Assembly: GCA_012295275.1 (NCBI GenBank)
Contig: CM022665.1
Coordinates: 11,718,001-11,782,000 of the forward strand
Length of the DNA stretch: 64,000 nt
Direction: 5' to 3'
From: Chrysomallon squamiferum
Taxonomy: Eukaryota > Animalia > Mollusca
The notes below the pieces were generated by a model that worked only from the letters and a program-made list of their open reading frames with translations, was not told where the DNA came from and searched no databases. How positions within the stretch are numbered: position 1 is the first letter of the stretch; each line of letters opens with the position of its first letter. Both the position numbers and the translations under genes were made by a program. Positions 37,101 to 51,840 of the stretch are shown here, in pieces.

Positions 37101-38937
37101 GTTAGTTTATTTCATTTAATTTTATTTATTTATTTTTCATAATTGAAGACTGGTGTATGAATAATTAAATACTTATATAATAAAATAGTACATTTTCACA
37201 GAAAATTGTATATTTATAAATTGTGTGTGGCAAATTTAGTTTTAAAATGTACAAATTTATGGGTGTTTATTTTGATATATAATTACATTAAGGATTTTTA
37301 TTTATTTTATTATATATATATATATTTTTTTTTTTTTTTCAGTACCGTATGGTTGTAAAAGGCCTTACGGACAAGTTTGGGGGCAAATTTGAACTTGTAA
37401 GTAGAACTCTCTGTTGCTTATTTATTATTTATTATTATTATTATTATTTAGAATATTAGATTCAGAATAAATAATAATGTAATATCTAATATATATTCTT
37501 GAAGTGAATGTATATAATTTAATGTCTGGTTTGATATTGTGAATTGGTGGTAAGACCTTTAACATTATTTTTGTAATACAGTAAAAACAAAAATAATAAT
37601 AACCAAAATTTGTTACTACTCTATTTTTGGCTAAACAATTTGTTTCATAATTATCTTTAAAAAAAAAGAAGTTATACTACTTTTATTAGAAATTTCAAAA
37701 TAACTATTTCATATTTTAACTTGAACAATGAGAAGAACAGAAACTAAGTGTGATAAGAAATAATTCTTTTTCTTCTTCTTCTTTTTCTTCTTATTTTCTA
37801 ACTAATTGTTGTTGTTTTTTTACTGAAAATATATATTTTTCTAAATTCTTTAGACAGGGGAAATGGCTTCTCCAGCAAGTGGTTTGTTTGAAGTAACTGT
37901 CAATGGGCAACTAATACATTCCAAAAAGGTAATGTTTATATACGTATTTATTTTTTTTGAAAACCTAAACAACTTCTTGTGATTTCATTTCTGTATTCAT
38001 GTAAACCCAAAATTTTAAAACAAAATCTTAATGATAGTTTTAACTAACTGTATTTATTCTGTTTTATTAGAATTAATTTGAAAGTATTTTTAAAAGAAAA
38101 ATTATTATCATAATAGTTTTTAACTGATGATATTACAATCTGCAGTTTGCTGCCTAATATCGGAATTTATGGTTTCTGTTAAGGATTACTAACCATTAAT
38201 CTGTACTATTCTAATTACATCACCATATCATTCTGTAGTGTACACATTAACCAAAACAGATTTAGTGTGTGGAAGTCATTCAAATAAATGATGGCATTTC
38301 ATATACATGTATAAACACCAGCAACTTTTGTTTACATAAAGTCATACAAGCTCCTTAGCACATAATAATATACATTAAATAAATAACAACAATAAAGCAG
38401 GGACTGAGTATGTATTAATCTAATTAATTAAAAAATTTAAGGGTGTACATATTATTGCTATTTGTTTTTTTTTTTTTTTTTTTTTTTTGTCCTTATTTTG
38501 TCACTGATAAACATAAAGTAAACTGACTTGTGTTCCTTACAAGTCTTATAAACTTTTTAAATTTAAGAAAACCTGCCTGGGAAGTTGTAACTAAAATATC
38601 TGGTAAAATTAGTTATGGAAGCTTTCTTACAGATTTATTTTTAACTTGAAACCAGTTATATTATTTTCTGTTTTGTACATCATACATATATAACAGTTTT
38701 AAACACTTTCTCATTTTAATTTTTTGTTAAAAAACCCAACATCCATCTTTTTACATTTTAATCAAGAATGGAGATGGTTTTGTCGACTCCGATGAAAAGA
38801 TGAAAAAGATTATTGATGCTGTTCAGGCATATATGGAAACTGAGCAGAAAAATGAAGCTGAAAAGAAATCAAGCAGCCAGTCTGTTGGAGAATCAGTCAA
38901 GAAAACCAGCAGTACTGAAGTTTCAAAAAAAGAATAA
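34157..38937 (+). CDS. SELENOW: Selenoprotein W (Rdx family), 118 aa, five coding exons
   Basis: Exons 34157-34188, 37030-37054, 37343-37396, 37854-37928, 38767-38937 splice to MGKVKIHIIYCGGUGYAPRYRMVVKGLTDKFGGKFELTGEMASPASGLFEVTVNGQLIHSKKNGDGFVDSDEKMKKIIDAVQAY...; CxxU with TGA at 37037-37039; FEV..G.LIHSKK.GDG.VD are SelW hallmarks. Confidence 0.95.
34637..35085. repeat. ~130-bp near-perfect inverted repeat in SELENOW intron 1
   Basis: 34637-34766 is the reverse complement of 34957-35085 with few differences; ~190-bp spacer. Confidence 0.9.
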
Positions 38938-39830
38938 TGCTACATTTGTGATCAAGAACTCAATACTGTTAAGGAAAAGGCAAGTGTTATAAGTTTTATA
39001 ATTATGTTTGTTGTTGAGCTTGATTTCTGTGATGTAAGAATGTGTGTGTGTGTGTGATCAGGAAGAATATTTCAGGCTTCTATCATCATAGTAAGTACTT
39101 TGTCATAATTTAAAAAAATGTATTTTCATTATAATTTAAAAGGACTTCAGTTTCCAAAGTATGAAAAATAAAGCACTACTCACTTGCTAGTGACTCATAT
39201 ATAATAAATGAAATTTTTATAGTTTTTTATTTTATGTTTTTTTATCTCTGAATTTTAATTTTATGTTAGACAAAATAATTTGATAAAATGTGGTTTGGTT
39301 AAATTACTAGAATTAAAATGTACCTTTGATGTAGTCAGACAAAGTAATCAAAATATAAACCCTATTTTTTCAAGCTATGTTTTATTTGAGTGGGCTTTTT
39401 TTTTGTTGGTTTCTTTTGCCATCTGGTCAAAAATGTATAACAAAATATAACACCAACAGAAGAGTTAACAACTATCCGTGCACCACCACTGTTGTTGTTT
39501 TTTTGTAGTCATCAAAAAAGTATTTTAGAACAAATACTCTCTCTGTCCACCAGAGCACAGATGATGTCATAATTCCAGTTATGGAATGCTAAAATGGCCC
39601 AGAACTAATGTTTTATACCATCTTATTATCATACGTTTTTGTTAACTATGACAGATCTTCCAAAAGAATAAAATAATGACTTACTTATGCACAGCTGCAT
39701 TAGTGGTAAGAACTGCTAACCTAGGCATTTCTATTCAAGTTCTGAAAGCTCTTCTATTCTCTGTTATATTATATTATATTATATTCTCTTTTTTTCAGTC
39801 AGGAGTCTGGGAATTAATCATTTTGGGTGT

Positions 39831-39891
39831 CCAGATTATGATGAGAATGGATGAAAGTCGTCTGACCTGTCCAATTTCTGATGGTTGCTGG
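39831..39891 (+). promoter_or_regulatory. Eukaryotic type II SECIS element of SELENOW
   Basis: ATGA core 39838-39841, 11-bp helix gagaatggatg/tgtccaatttc with one mismatch, unpaired AAA 39854-39856, apical mini-stem gtc/gac, 3' TGAT 39879-39882, basal ccag/ctgg. Confidence 0.88.
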
Positions 39892-40176
39892 CAGCCTAAT
39901 CTGATTGCTTCTCATTTCTGGTTTCTTCTTACTTTATCCGGAGTCCATTGTTTCACTGTCTTGCCCTGTTTAGTACATAGCTGTTCTGTTCATATTGTTT
40001 CAGAACCAACCTATTTATATACTTGTTTAGTTTGAATATATAGTGAATATGATATTAACTTGAATGGTCATTTCCACTGTGTAAATGAACATTTATCTCA
40101 AATTATATTTGTATTACATTTTCTGAAAACATTTTGTTTTCCATATAATTCTCAATAGAAATATATCAGTTTTATA

Positions 40177-40182
40177 AATAAA
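40177..40182 (+). terminator. Candidate polyadenylation signal for SELENOW
   Basis: First AATAAA I found downstream of the SECIS; others follow, so the site is uncertain. Confidence 0.4.
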
Positions 40183-41165
40183 ATTAAAACCAGTGCCAAC
40201 ACTGAAATACTGTATTAATAAAAATAATAAACATGTAAAAACAAATAAAAGCATGTAAAAACCAGTTTCCTTTGGAGTATTTGGAACGTTGGTACATCAT
40301 TAAAGTCAAGAAAGATAACTCTAATATTTTGTTACACAATGAAAAATAAAAACCATGAGAAAACAAAAAACAATAATAAACCACCATAAAAATCAACAGA
40401 AACATGCATTTTACATTACATTGTAGTAAAGCATAACTTTTTTTTTTATCCTGTCAACTGTTTTCCATCTCATCAACTTCAAACCTTTAGATCTTTACAT
40501 TTTTTACTTGTTTTGGTGTCATTGGGTTTTCTTTGCTTTTTCTTATATTGCTGTTTTTTTATTTTTTTTAAAAAGATAAATTACTGAAATTTTAATTGAC
40601 TTGTTATATACTGATATAATGAATAATAATAATAATTGTTGTTATTTTGTTTATTACAATTTATAAACACAAATCACATGAACAGACAGTTTAGATTTTT
40701 AGATGCATATTGAGGCTTCTTTGTTTTTCTTTTTTAATATAATCCTCACTTTTAAGTTTTAAATAAAATTATATATATATGCTTTGGTTTTTGTGTTTAA
40801 ACATAAGCCTTTTATTTGTTTTATTTCATCATTGATTATCAAGCAACTGCTAAAAACCATCAGATGTATATAACATTCATTGTATTATTTATACATTATC
40901 TGTTTAATGTTAATCTTTGATAATATTATTTATGTTATACAGTTACTAATGTCAGGGACACCAGCAATTTATAAAGTTTTATCTTAAATTATTTATAAAG
41001 TTTTGTGCTTTTGGAAGTTAAATCTTAAACTTTAATTTGTCATCAAATAAAATATATCCAATTTGACTGAATTTGATTTGCTAAGTTGGGAGAGAAAAAA
41101 AAGAAGCATAAAAAAATCTCCAATAAAAAATTGGAAATTTAAGAAAGTTATTTAGGAATAAGATT

Positions 41166-41211
<46 letters not shown>

Positions 41212-43186
41212 TTATAAAAGAAAAAGAAAAAAGAAAGAAATTGTTATGATGGTTGATCTAAAATGAATAAAAGTGCTGAACTTTGTGTTTGTTGTTTTTA
41301 TATTTTAAAAATTTCAGTCATCGGAGCCTTTAATATTAGATTGAAGAAGAAAATAAAATGATAATCATGAAGATTCTTTTTTTTTCTAATATATTCTTTT
41401 AGAATTAAGTTTACAGTTGTATCTTTTACCTCATGGTTCTGATATAAATATGAATCACTTCAACTACAAACTACCCCAAAATAGGAATACTGATCCTCTC
41501 AAATCACAAACATAAAATTGGCTTTGACACTTCATTCAGTTCTGTTTATAATATCACTAGTATCACTTTGAAGAATATGGAAGCTTGAAATATTTTCTGA
41601 AAGTAGGTAGCCCAAACTGGATTTAAAGCAGTGTGCTCAGTTAATATAGTGCAAAAAAACTAAAATTAAAAAAAAAAAAAATCTAACATTTTATAAGAGA
41701 AAATATGAAAGTATATAATCATGTTCATTCTAATTCTCATAACACTAGCCTAGGCAAAGGTTAAAAATATATCAGCCAGTCTTGAAATTATGTGATTTGT
41801 ATTTGAAAGAGGAAAGAAAACTGATGAGGTCCTCTACCTGAGAAAGGTGTTTTCTATTGCCTCAGCCATCAAAGGAATATCTCAGTTCCACAAGTATTTA
41901 GCAACCATAATAAACGTTTTACGACATCAAATATGGTATTTTTATTTCTGATAAAGAAAAGCTAATGAGTTTTAATGTCAGTAAGCAGCAGAGAATATTC
42001 CACAAAAACCCAACATGGATAAGAACAATAACGTTGGCTGGAAAGTAAAGTGACCTAATTGTGGCATCAAAAGACTATTAATCTTGTTATCCACGGGGAT
42101 TCTACTATCGAACAGTAACACACTTCGTGAACACAAAGTGGTTGATTAGAATGACCATAAAATATGATGTTAAATATAAAAACGGATGTAAAATATTAAT
42201 TTGTAAAAGGAGACGATAATTCATTTTAAAACTGAAATAAAGTAATGTTATGGTTATCTCCCCTGCACTGTTGAGGAATCGTTTTGCTTGGCGACTGATT
42301 AATGTCATAATTTTACTTTTGAAATTTCTTCTGTTGGCAAAGTAGAGTAGGTTGTTTTTAAAGAATTGTGTTAAATCGGACAGTCTTACAAATAAATATC
42401 ATATATTAAAAATTGTTAATTTAATTTATTTTTTATTTTATTTTATTTTTTTGTAATGAGCAAGGTGATGGTATAAAATTTTAAATAATTTCGCTCGGTA
42501 TTTAAATAAATGTGTGTGTAAGTTCCCTTTACGTGGCTAGGTATTCTGCCGCTGGCTTTCGTAAATGTTGTTAACATTATCATTCTACACCCCCTAAAAA
42601 AAGTTATATATATAGTATAACATTTTAATACTGCCGCAACGTTCATGTATCAGCTGAACGCGAAATTGTTCAATGAACTCATTCAAAACTATATTTCCGT
42701 TTACCGAGCGCGCCAATCTTGACGAGGTCGTCTGAAACAAACAAAACTGTTTACGTGAAAACTGATCGGAACAAACAGCTCAACAAGTGTGGCATTCAAA
42801 GAACCGGTTGCTCCCATCAGTTTGACACGAAAGAAACTTGTCATTTTAAATCTGAATGGAAACTTTGGGAATTCGACAAATTTCGCAGAACTGTGATGCG
42901 ATGACACTTGTCATTTTAGGTGTTTGTATGAAATTTGCAATTAGATGTTTCATACATAAAAACCGTATTTTCGAAATTGGTTGTCAGTTTTACTGAGCGT
43001 TTTTTTTTTTTTTCTTTTTGTTTTTTGTTGTTTATTTAGTTTTTTTATGTTTAAATAAATTCACCCTTTCGCTTTCTGCCACTATACGGTATACTATTTA
43101 AAATGTATTTAGGTTTCATACAAGAAAACGTAGTTAATGAACTACAATAAAATGTTGTTTTTTTTTTTTTTTTCATTTTTCTTTAA

Positions 43187-43238
<52 letters not shown>

Positions 43239-44412
43239 TATATATAAATAAATAAATAAAAAATCATTCTGCCGTGCATTACTACCCTTTATACTGCTTG
43301 TACTTTATTTATGCAAATTCCTTCTCTATAGTAATGACCACTGGCAGAGTTACTTATCTTTGTAGAATTTTACATTACTTTTGGACGTCTTCCAAGAAAT
43401 TGTCGCAGATTATTAAAAAGCTCAGTGGTGTCAAAGTTTATGAATTTATAACTTTACTGACCAAATAATAAAAGCACTGATGCATGGAATACGAAAAAAT
43501 AATCAGGAAAGGATAAGGTATGTTGAAATAAAAAAGATGTATTTCATATTAATAATAATACAATAAAATAATGTTAGAATTTATTTCAACTTAAAATATT
43601 TATAGATTACTAAAGGTTATTTAAAATATTTGTTGCAATAGATATTAACAAAAAATTAATATAAGATTAATTTTGGAAGCAAATACTGACGACGATACTA
43701 CTACTACTAATAATAATTATAATTATTATATCATCGATCATTTCATATAATCATTTTTTTTTAAATGAAATTAACAGAAATCTATATTCTTCCGAAAAAA
43801 AAAAAAAAAATAAAAAGGAAATTCTTTCAGATTATATATTAAACTTAAGACTAGTTAAAAAAAAAAAAAAAATAATAATAATAATAAAATAATAATAAAT
43901 ATAAGTTCCATTTATTAATTCATTGGAATTTTTTTTTTTTTTTATCTCTGCGACGTAATTTGGATATAATTCATAAAATATATTTAATATAAAGTAATGC
44001 ACAATGTATCATTGTTATTGTTTTTGTTATTCTTCTTATTATTATTACTGATATTATTATCATTATTATTGTTGTTGTTGTTGTTGTTATGTGATCGATC
44101 ACTTCACATAATTAACAAACAAAAAAATTACTTAAAATGAGTAATTTACATTTTTTAAATTTTGGGGGTATTTTTATTTTATTATTTCTGCGATGTAATT
44201 TGGATATAATTCGTAAAATATATTTTAATAATAAATAATGCACAAAATAGTCACCATTAAATTATTATTATTTATCATCATCATCATCACCATTGTCATT
44301 ATCATGATTATGAATATGATTATGATTATTATTCTTGATATTATTTATTCTTATTCTTGTTCTTGTTGTTATTATTATTATTATTGTTATCATCATCATT
44401 ATCCTCATCCTC

Positions 44413-44444
<32 letters not shown>

Positions 44445-44460
44445 TATTATTATTATTATT

Positions 44461-44497
<37 letters not shown>

Positions 44498-45146
44498 TTG
44501 TTGCTGTTGTGATCATCTTCATCGTCATCGCTATCATTATAATTTTTCTCCTGTTGTTGTTGTTTTTTTTTTTTTTTTAATTGTTTTTTTTGTTGTTGTT
44601 GTTCTCAAACATAATTTGAAAATAAAAAATATTAACAAAAAACATTTATTAAAGCTAATACATTAATGCTTTAAGGTTTTTTAAAAATAGCTCTACATAT
44701 TCTAACAAAGGAGTAACTATTTATTTGTTAGTGTATAAATTTATTTACAAAGTATTTATTCATGTTTCTAAAATAAAAAAAGGAAAAACGTAGAACAGAA
44801 TAAAATAAAATAAAATAATGATTTTATAAAAATAAAAATAAAATAAAACGGAATAAAATAAAAACAACAGAAGACATATAATTACAATTATATTTTTAAA
44901 CTAGATATCTACGTAATACCATTGCTTTGATACTCATCACTCACACTAGTTTTGATAATTATTAAATATAAATTAGAGATTCCGAATGTTAATACAAATA
45001 TATTTTAATACAATATAAAGAACGGTCTGTGAAATATTCATACTTAATTAATTAATCCTTCGCGCACAGTTTGATTTTTTAATTATTATTATTATTTGTT
45101 TTACTGCCGGTATAATAATAATAGTAGTAGTTGTAGTAGTAATATT

Positions 45147-45179
<33 letters not shown>

Positions 45180-45271
45180 CTAATAATAATAATAATAAAA
45201 CAACAACAACAAAATGTATTTTAATAATATATAATACACAGAATTACAACTATTAATTTATTATTATTACT

Positions 45272-45312
<41 letters not shown>

Positions 45313-45455
45313 AGTATAAAAGTGGTGGTGTCTTGATATGTTTATTAAAAAATGCACAAAACATAAAACATTTAAACAGAACGGATAACATGAACAAATT
45401 TTGTATTTCGAACTTTACAAAGAAAATTATATTTCTAATTCTTAACTACAGTGAA

Positions 45456-45517
<62 letters not shown>

Positions 45518-47502
45518 TTAAAATTAAAATTAAAAAATATATGTATATATTTTACATGAGTACTTGCACAAAATTTCAATTACTCTTTTATATATTATAT
45601 TATATATCAGCTGGTTCTTATTTTCCTAATACTTTAAACTATTCTTTTACTTGCAGGCCTTTAAAAAATCATTATATATATATATATTTTTTTTTTTTCA
45701 CCATTGTGATTACCTTTTACAAAGTTTACGAAAGATTACTTTATTTCAATACTGAAAATTCAAAACATTGTCTTTAGCTACTAAATGATGACTTAGCCAA
45801 CAGAAGCCCGTGCCAGGTGACATGTAGACATATATATACAGATTCGCGTGTATATATTATTTCAGCAACAGAAATCCCGCTACTCGATCCTTCTTAAAAC
45901 ATATAAAACAAGTTTGTTGTTTTCTCCGATAGTTTATTATTGCCGACATAATGAGAGAAAGAATGTGTTGTAAACAGGTGCAGTTTGATATGCCAAAGGA
46001 CAAGATGAATGGTTCAAATTTATTGTTTTCATGGACAACAGTGAATATTGTTGAGCCGAAGTTTATTTTTGACGTGAGGTGTATTGTTATTAGCGCATGC
46101 ACAAGTATTTATCATAATCGTTTTGAGTGTTCAAATCTGGGCTTGTTTAACGTGTAAACTCCGGTGTGTCTTTTGGTATTTTCATGTTTATGTTATGTAG
46201 AAATACGAGTTTGCTTGTTGTTATTGATTGTGTGGTTATCTTTTTATGTTTTTTCTCCTCTTAATTCCGTGGATGAATATGCAGTAGATTATTTAAAGTG
46301 AGTTTATCGAACAGTGAAAAATATTTGGTAGTTTTGGCTTTCGGTGTCGATATCGCTGTCAAACTTTGCCGGCTTGTCTGTCTACGTCTCTGTCTTTCTG
46401 TCTGTGTGTCTGTATGTATCTCTTTCTGTCTGTATCACTTTATCTGTTTCTCTCTCTCTATCTTCCTCTCCTATCGGAGTTTTCTTTTTTTCTTTCTTTT
46501 TTTTCTTTTTTCTTGTTTTTCGACAGAAGCAACCTTTTGTATATATGCCAAATTCACCTGAAGTGTCTACATCGTACCAAATGGTCAACAGCAAACTGTT
46601 TTAATGTTTCCACAAAACATTTTATTGCTTTGATTTTTCGTCGTTTCTGATTCTTTACAACACTTGTTTTTCTCAACTGGAACGTACGCGATGTGTTACC
46701 AAACATTGACTCGAGCGACGAATTCAGCGAAACGTTCACTGTTTTTTTATGTATGTGGACAAGAAGTATGTACAAACGTACAAACATGTACACGGAGTCT
46801 AGCAGGACTGAGAAAGAGAGACATAAACACGGGAACAGATCAAATAAAACACTCCAGTTTTATTTCAGAATAAAAAAAAAAATAATAAGTAAGATAATTT
46901 TAAAAAATATAAAATAAAAACCACTCGTTACTATTTAACCCGAAATATTCTGCATTATCATAACACGACGCTTATTGTTTTTCCCATAAACAGTTTTACA
47001 CGATTGTTCAAGCGTCTAAATTATTGAAATATGCGTTAATTTGTCTCGGAATATTTCCTCCTCGAAGGTAACAGTTGACAATTGTTTGAAACATTTTTGC
47101 GGCGGAGATTTGTTGTGGACGCAACATGGTCATTGTTGATCGTTCCCCGCTCGAACAATATTAGTTTGTTTGTGCGCGGGCAAACAGAAGCGAACCGCTG
47201 ACTCGGAAATCTGAAAGATTTGTTTCATGGGGGCAGAAAAGATAATTGACATCACGGAGATAGGTTCGGAAGGAGACTGTTTGTTTTTCTCACCTATAGA
47301 GAATTGTTTTAGCAGCTTGTTCAAAGAAGCGATAGAACACATCGAACCAGACCGCAGCGTGCCCGCCCATGTAAACCTACAGTTTGTCCAACTTATGTAT
47401 TTATAAATCGGAACAGCCCACGAAAAGACAATGCTTTCTCTATACCCGTGGGATTTATCTATCAAAATTTTGCGAATGTTTCAACACATCTTTTTATCTT
47501 AC

Positions 47503-47540
<38 letters not shown>

Positions 47541-48929
47541 ATCATGAGGCGTATAGCTAGCGCGCTGGCATCTATGCCAATACCTTTGTGGAACAATTCA
47601 ACAAGAAAACGTCCTATCGACTTGTAAACGTATATTTGTCTTAACACATATAGGCGTCAAAGTAGCACTCTAGACGAATCCTTGGATTTGAGACAAATAA
47701 AGCTGGAATTGTTTAGCGCTACTGCTTTGCGTACACGGTAAACCTGAGGTTAAGACAGAAAAAAGTGCAAACCAAGTTCACTTTAAACTAAAACACACAG
47801 AGATCAGTGGTTGTTTATACATAACGGACTGTTTGTAACCTTCGTCAAGTCGACAAGCGGTGTGTTAATACGATTTTGTTGTACATTAACAATGTGTGAG
47901 ACAATTTTACTTCTCTATGGTGGTCATGTTCTTAAGTTTATTCAAAATATCAAGTTTAAAACACACCAATAACTTTTATATTGTCTGTCAGTTATGGTTT
48001 GAGAAAAAAACAGTAAGATTTCTCAATAATAAATCTAGAAACTATAACGATTATTTAAAAAAAAAAGAAAAAAAAGAAATTACATTTATTAATATGTAAA
48101 TATAAATTTGTTTTAAGGATCTTTGCCCCTACCAGCAATTGCTTTTGAATGTTACTATTTCCAACACTTTTAGTTTCATGGTGATTTGGAAGAACAGTTC
48201 TAAAAAAAACCTTTAATTTTTAAATCATACTGGACAAACTAGATGACGGATTTAATTTGTTCTGTTGACGTTCTTTTCAGAATTCTAATTTTTTCAGTAC
48301 AATACACTGAACGTCTGATTTAAACATTAAACCGCTTCATAGGAAAACATAAATTCCATTATTAATAATTATATTTTTTATTATTATTATTATTTTTTTC
48401 AATCTCATATATATATATATTTAAAAAAGATCATCAAATAACGATAGTTTTCCTAAATAAAATCAGTAAACTATGTAATCATTTAATACTTCTACAGTCC
48501 GATTGAATAAAAGATTTATTGTGTACCTTATCATTCTGTAAATTAACTAATATATACATATATAAACTTCTTGCATGCAACAAAAACATAAGAAATGGTT
48601 TCAAACCGTTTTTTGTAAACTCATGTATTTTGAATGTTTGTAGTAAAATAATCAAGTAAATTATAATCCGATCAGCAAGAAAAGAAAAAAAGAAGTACAA
48701 CTACGAATACAACAACAAAAACAACAACAACAGCAAAAAAGTAGAAAAAGAAGTAAAAGAAGGAAGAATTTTTATTTTTTATTTTTACTTACGTATGTCA
48801 ATCCATATTAATACACTTTCTTTGATACATCGACTGATATTTCGCTTTAGAGTAAAACTACTGAATTGTTTTTTTTTTTTTTTTTTTTTAATAGATCTAT
48901 GTATCTACTCGATTTACAAATAATCTTAA

Positions 48930-48991
48930 GAAAAAACAAATAGGATTTAAACAGCATATATATATACTGTTTAAATCCTATTTGTTTTTTC
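48930..48991. repeat. Perfect 25-bp-arm hairpin
   Basis: gaaaaaacaaataggatttaaacag - 12-nt loop - ctgtttaaatcctatttgttttttc. Confidence 0.9.
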
Positions 48992-50661
48992 ATACATACA
49001 TACTTATTAAATAAAAATATATCTGTATCATTTTCTAACCAAATGTCATAAGATGTTTCTATGTTCTTATTTCATAGATTTTTAATGCAAACTTACTTCG
49101 TTTTATTAAACATCTCGCAATTTCTAGTTGAATCATAATTTTAATTACTTCATCATTGTTCTCCTTCCACAATGAATTTTTTTTGCACATGTTCTTCATG
49201 ACCCTGTTTAAATATTTCAGCCTGACGAAAGCCAACTGTAAACGTATTATTATTTAATATCGCAGCCACATGGATCTGAGAGAAAAAACTGACACTTTGA
49301 GAAACCTGTGTCCAGTCCTCGTGATCTTGTGACCAATAAAACACGTTTATAATCAATACAACAAAAACAGTTTTGTATGGGACGTTTTAACTGGTGGGAA
49401 GAAAAAAAAATTAGTATCAGAATTTATTTTTTAAGTATCATCTTCATTTAACGTATTTTACTTTTTATAAACAAAATGTGAATGTATATATATATATATA
49501 TATTCATTTTATTTACTTCAGCTCCTTTTGTTATTAAATTGTACTTATGGAAGTACTTGAGTAACGTTTTGAAACGGAAAGGACATGAAATACTATTCTT
49601 TTTGATAGCTTACAAGAAATTTTTAAAAACATTTTCCAAAAAAAACCAAGATGCGTTTATGAATTCAAATACTTTAAGTAAAGCTTACTTAAACAAAAAT
49701 TATTAGTTTCTACTTTAACTTAGAAGCTAAAAGAAACACAATTTAGCTTTTACTTTTATTTTGGCATAAAGGAAAAATTTAAATATGGCGCCGAAACTTA
49801 TAACAGTGGTCTATTTTTATTCAAACATTTGGAGAATACTAAAGGGGAGACAACGCACACTCTGACGACGTCCGTTCATGACTGTTTACCGTGCAATGTC
49901 GTCAAGCCGTTTTAATACCGTCAGACTCTTAGTGACAATAGAGGGAGTTTGCTTGGTAAAGATTTTGGTAAATAACCAAACATGTTCGTACAATTTAAGT
50001 TTATGGCAGACGTGTGAAATGTTTATTGTAACTCCGTTTGACTTTTGTTCACGATCATTGTTAAAGCAAGAAGACAACACTGACTTGATTCTTGGACTGA
50101 CAACAATTATCAAAGTGCGTCTAATATTTGTATGAATTTTTTTTAAATAATAATTATAATAACAACAACAACAACAACAATAACGACAACAACAACAACA
50201 ATAATAATGAATATCATCAGCATCAGCATCGTCAAGGTCATCGAGATGATGACGATGATGATTACCATCATCATAATAATGACAACAACAATAAATTTAG
50301 TTGTTGCTAACAGTAATTATAAAGCAATATTTTTTGTTTTGTTTTAGGGACAGCACCGCAGAACAATGAGTAATTTTCTGTCTTTGGAATATCAAAGTTT
50401 CAGTATTTCTGATGTTTGGTTATCAGAGGAAATCCTCTGATGAAAACGTTAGCAGCATTCTCTGGCAATAACCATCCAATACGTACCAGGGAAAAATAAA
50501 ACAATAACGATATAATTATACAAGTTAAGAAATTTCCATATTTAAATAATTGCTGTGTTTAACATAATTGAACGTTTTATTATTAAAGTATATAATTAAA
50601 TCCTAACGCGCGCGCGCAAAAAAATAAAAATAAAATAAAATTATATAAAAAAGAATAAATA

Positions 50662-50692
<31 letters not shown>

Positions 50693-50873
50693 TAAATAAA
50701 TAAATGAATGAATAAGTAAATGATTACTTGTTCTTTCTAATTATATTTTTCAATAAACTGAAAAATATTGTTCAAAATAAAATAATAGAATTGCATTTAT
50801 ATTTAAACCAATAAAAAAAAAAAAAAATTAAATTAAATTAAATTTAAAAAATAATAATAATAATATAAAAAAA

Positions 50874-50912
<39 letters not shown>

Positions 50913-51542
50913 ATGAATCTTTCATGAACAATTATTAACTATTTGTATTTATGTTAACTTACCCTGAACGTTTTCCTATACTTCTCAATGTCCAAATGAT
51001 AATTATTTTAGAAAACATAAAATAATTATTTGTATTTCAAACACTACATAAGATAATTTATAACTGTTTGTTCGTTTCTGTTTTATTTTATGTATATGTG
51101 TAATATTTATATTTCAGCAACATCAACAACAACAGCAACAGCAACATCAATAACAATAACAATAACAATAATAGTAACAGAAGCAATGACAATAATATAT
51201 TTATTTAAAATAAAAGAATGTGTGTGTGTGTGTTTGTGTATGTTAAAACTGCATACAGGGCCACTGTTTAATAATTGTTATTCTTTCTTTCTTTCTTCTT
51301 TTATTTTTTCTTCAATCATTCCTTTTTCGGAGAAAGGTTTGTCAACATTTTATTATTCGATCTTTAATAATGTTTGTCTGGTGCTTAGAAAAAAAAATTG
51401 TTATACTTAAATTTGTTGTTAGCCCGTTTAATCATTACTAAAACACATTTTCCCCATTTAAGTAACGATCAAAAAGAGAGACTGTTTAAAGAAATGTCTG
51501 TGCAAATCTTTCAAAAAATCTGAATGTTTGGCGGAAAAAAAA

Positions 51543-51840
51543 ATTATTATTTATTTGTAAATAAAGCGAAAGACATGTTTGTGAATTTTTTTTTTTTTTT
51601 TTTTTTTAAATACGAATGTTTCGAATATATCATTTTCTTTTATTATTTATTTGTAAATATAGAAAAAAATATATATATTTGTGAAAATCTGTTTTAAAAA
51701 ATACGAAATAGTTCTCTTTTATTATTTATTTGTAAATACAGAAAAAGACACATTTGTAAAAATCTATTTTAAATAAAAAGGGAATGTTTCCGTATAATAG
51801 TTTTCTTTTATTATTTATTTGTAAATATAGAAAAAGACAC
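51543..51840. repeat. Degenerate ~80-100-bp minisatellite, about 4 units
   Basis: ttattatttatttgtaaata..gaaaa recurs near 51544, 51640, 51719, 51808. Confidence 0.7.

Noticed and set aside
39676-40035. 119-aa plus-strand ORF
   Set aside because: Overlaps the SELENOW 3'-UTR intron end and SECIS; no recognisable protein features
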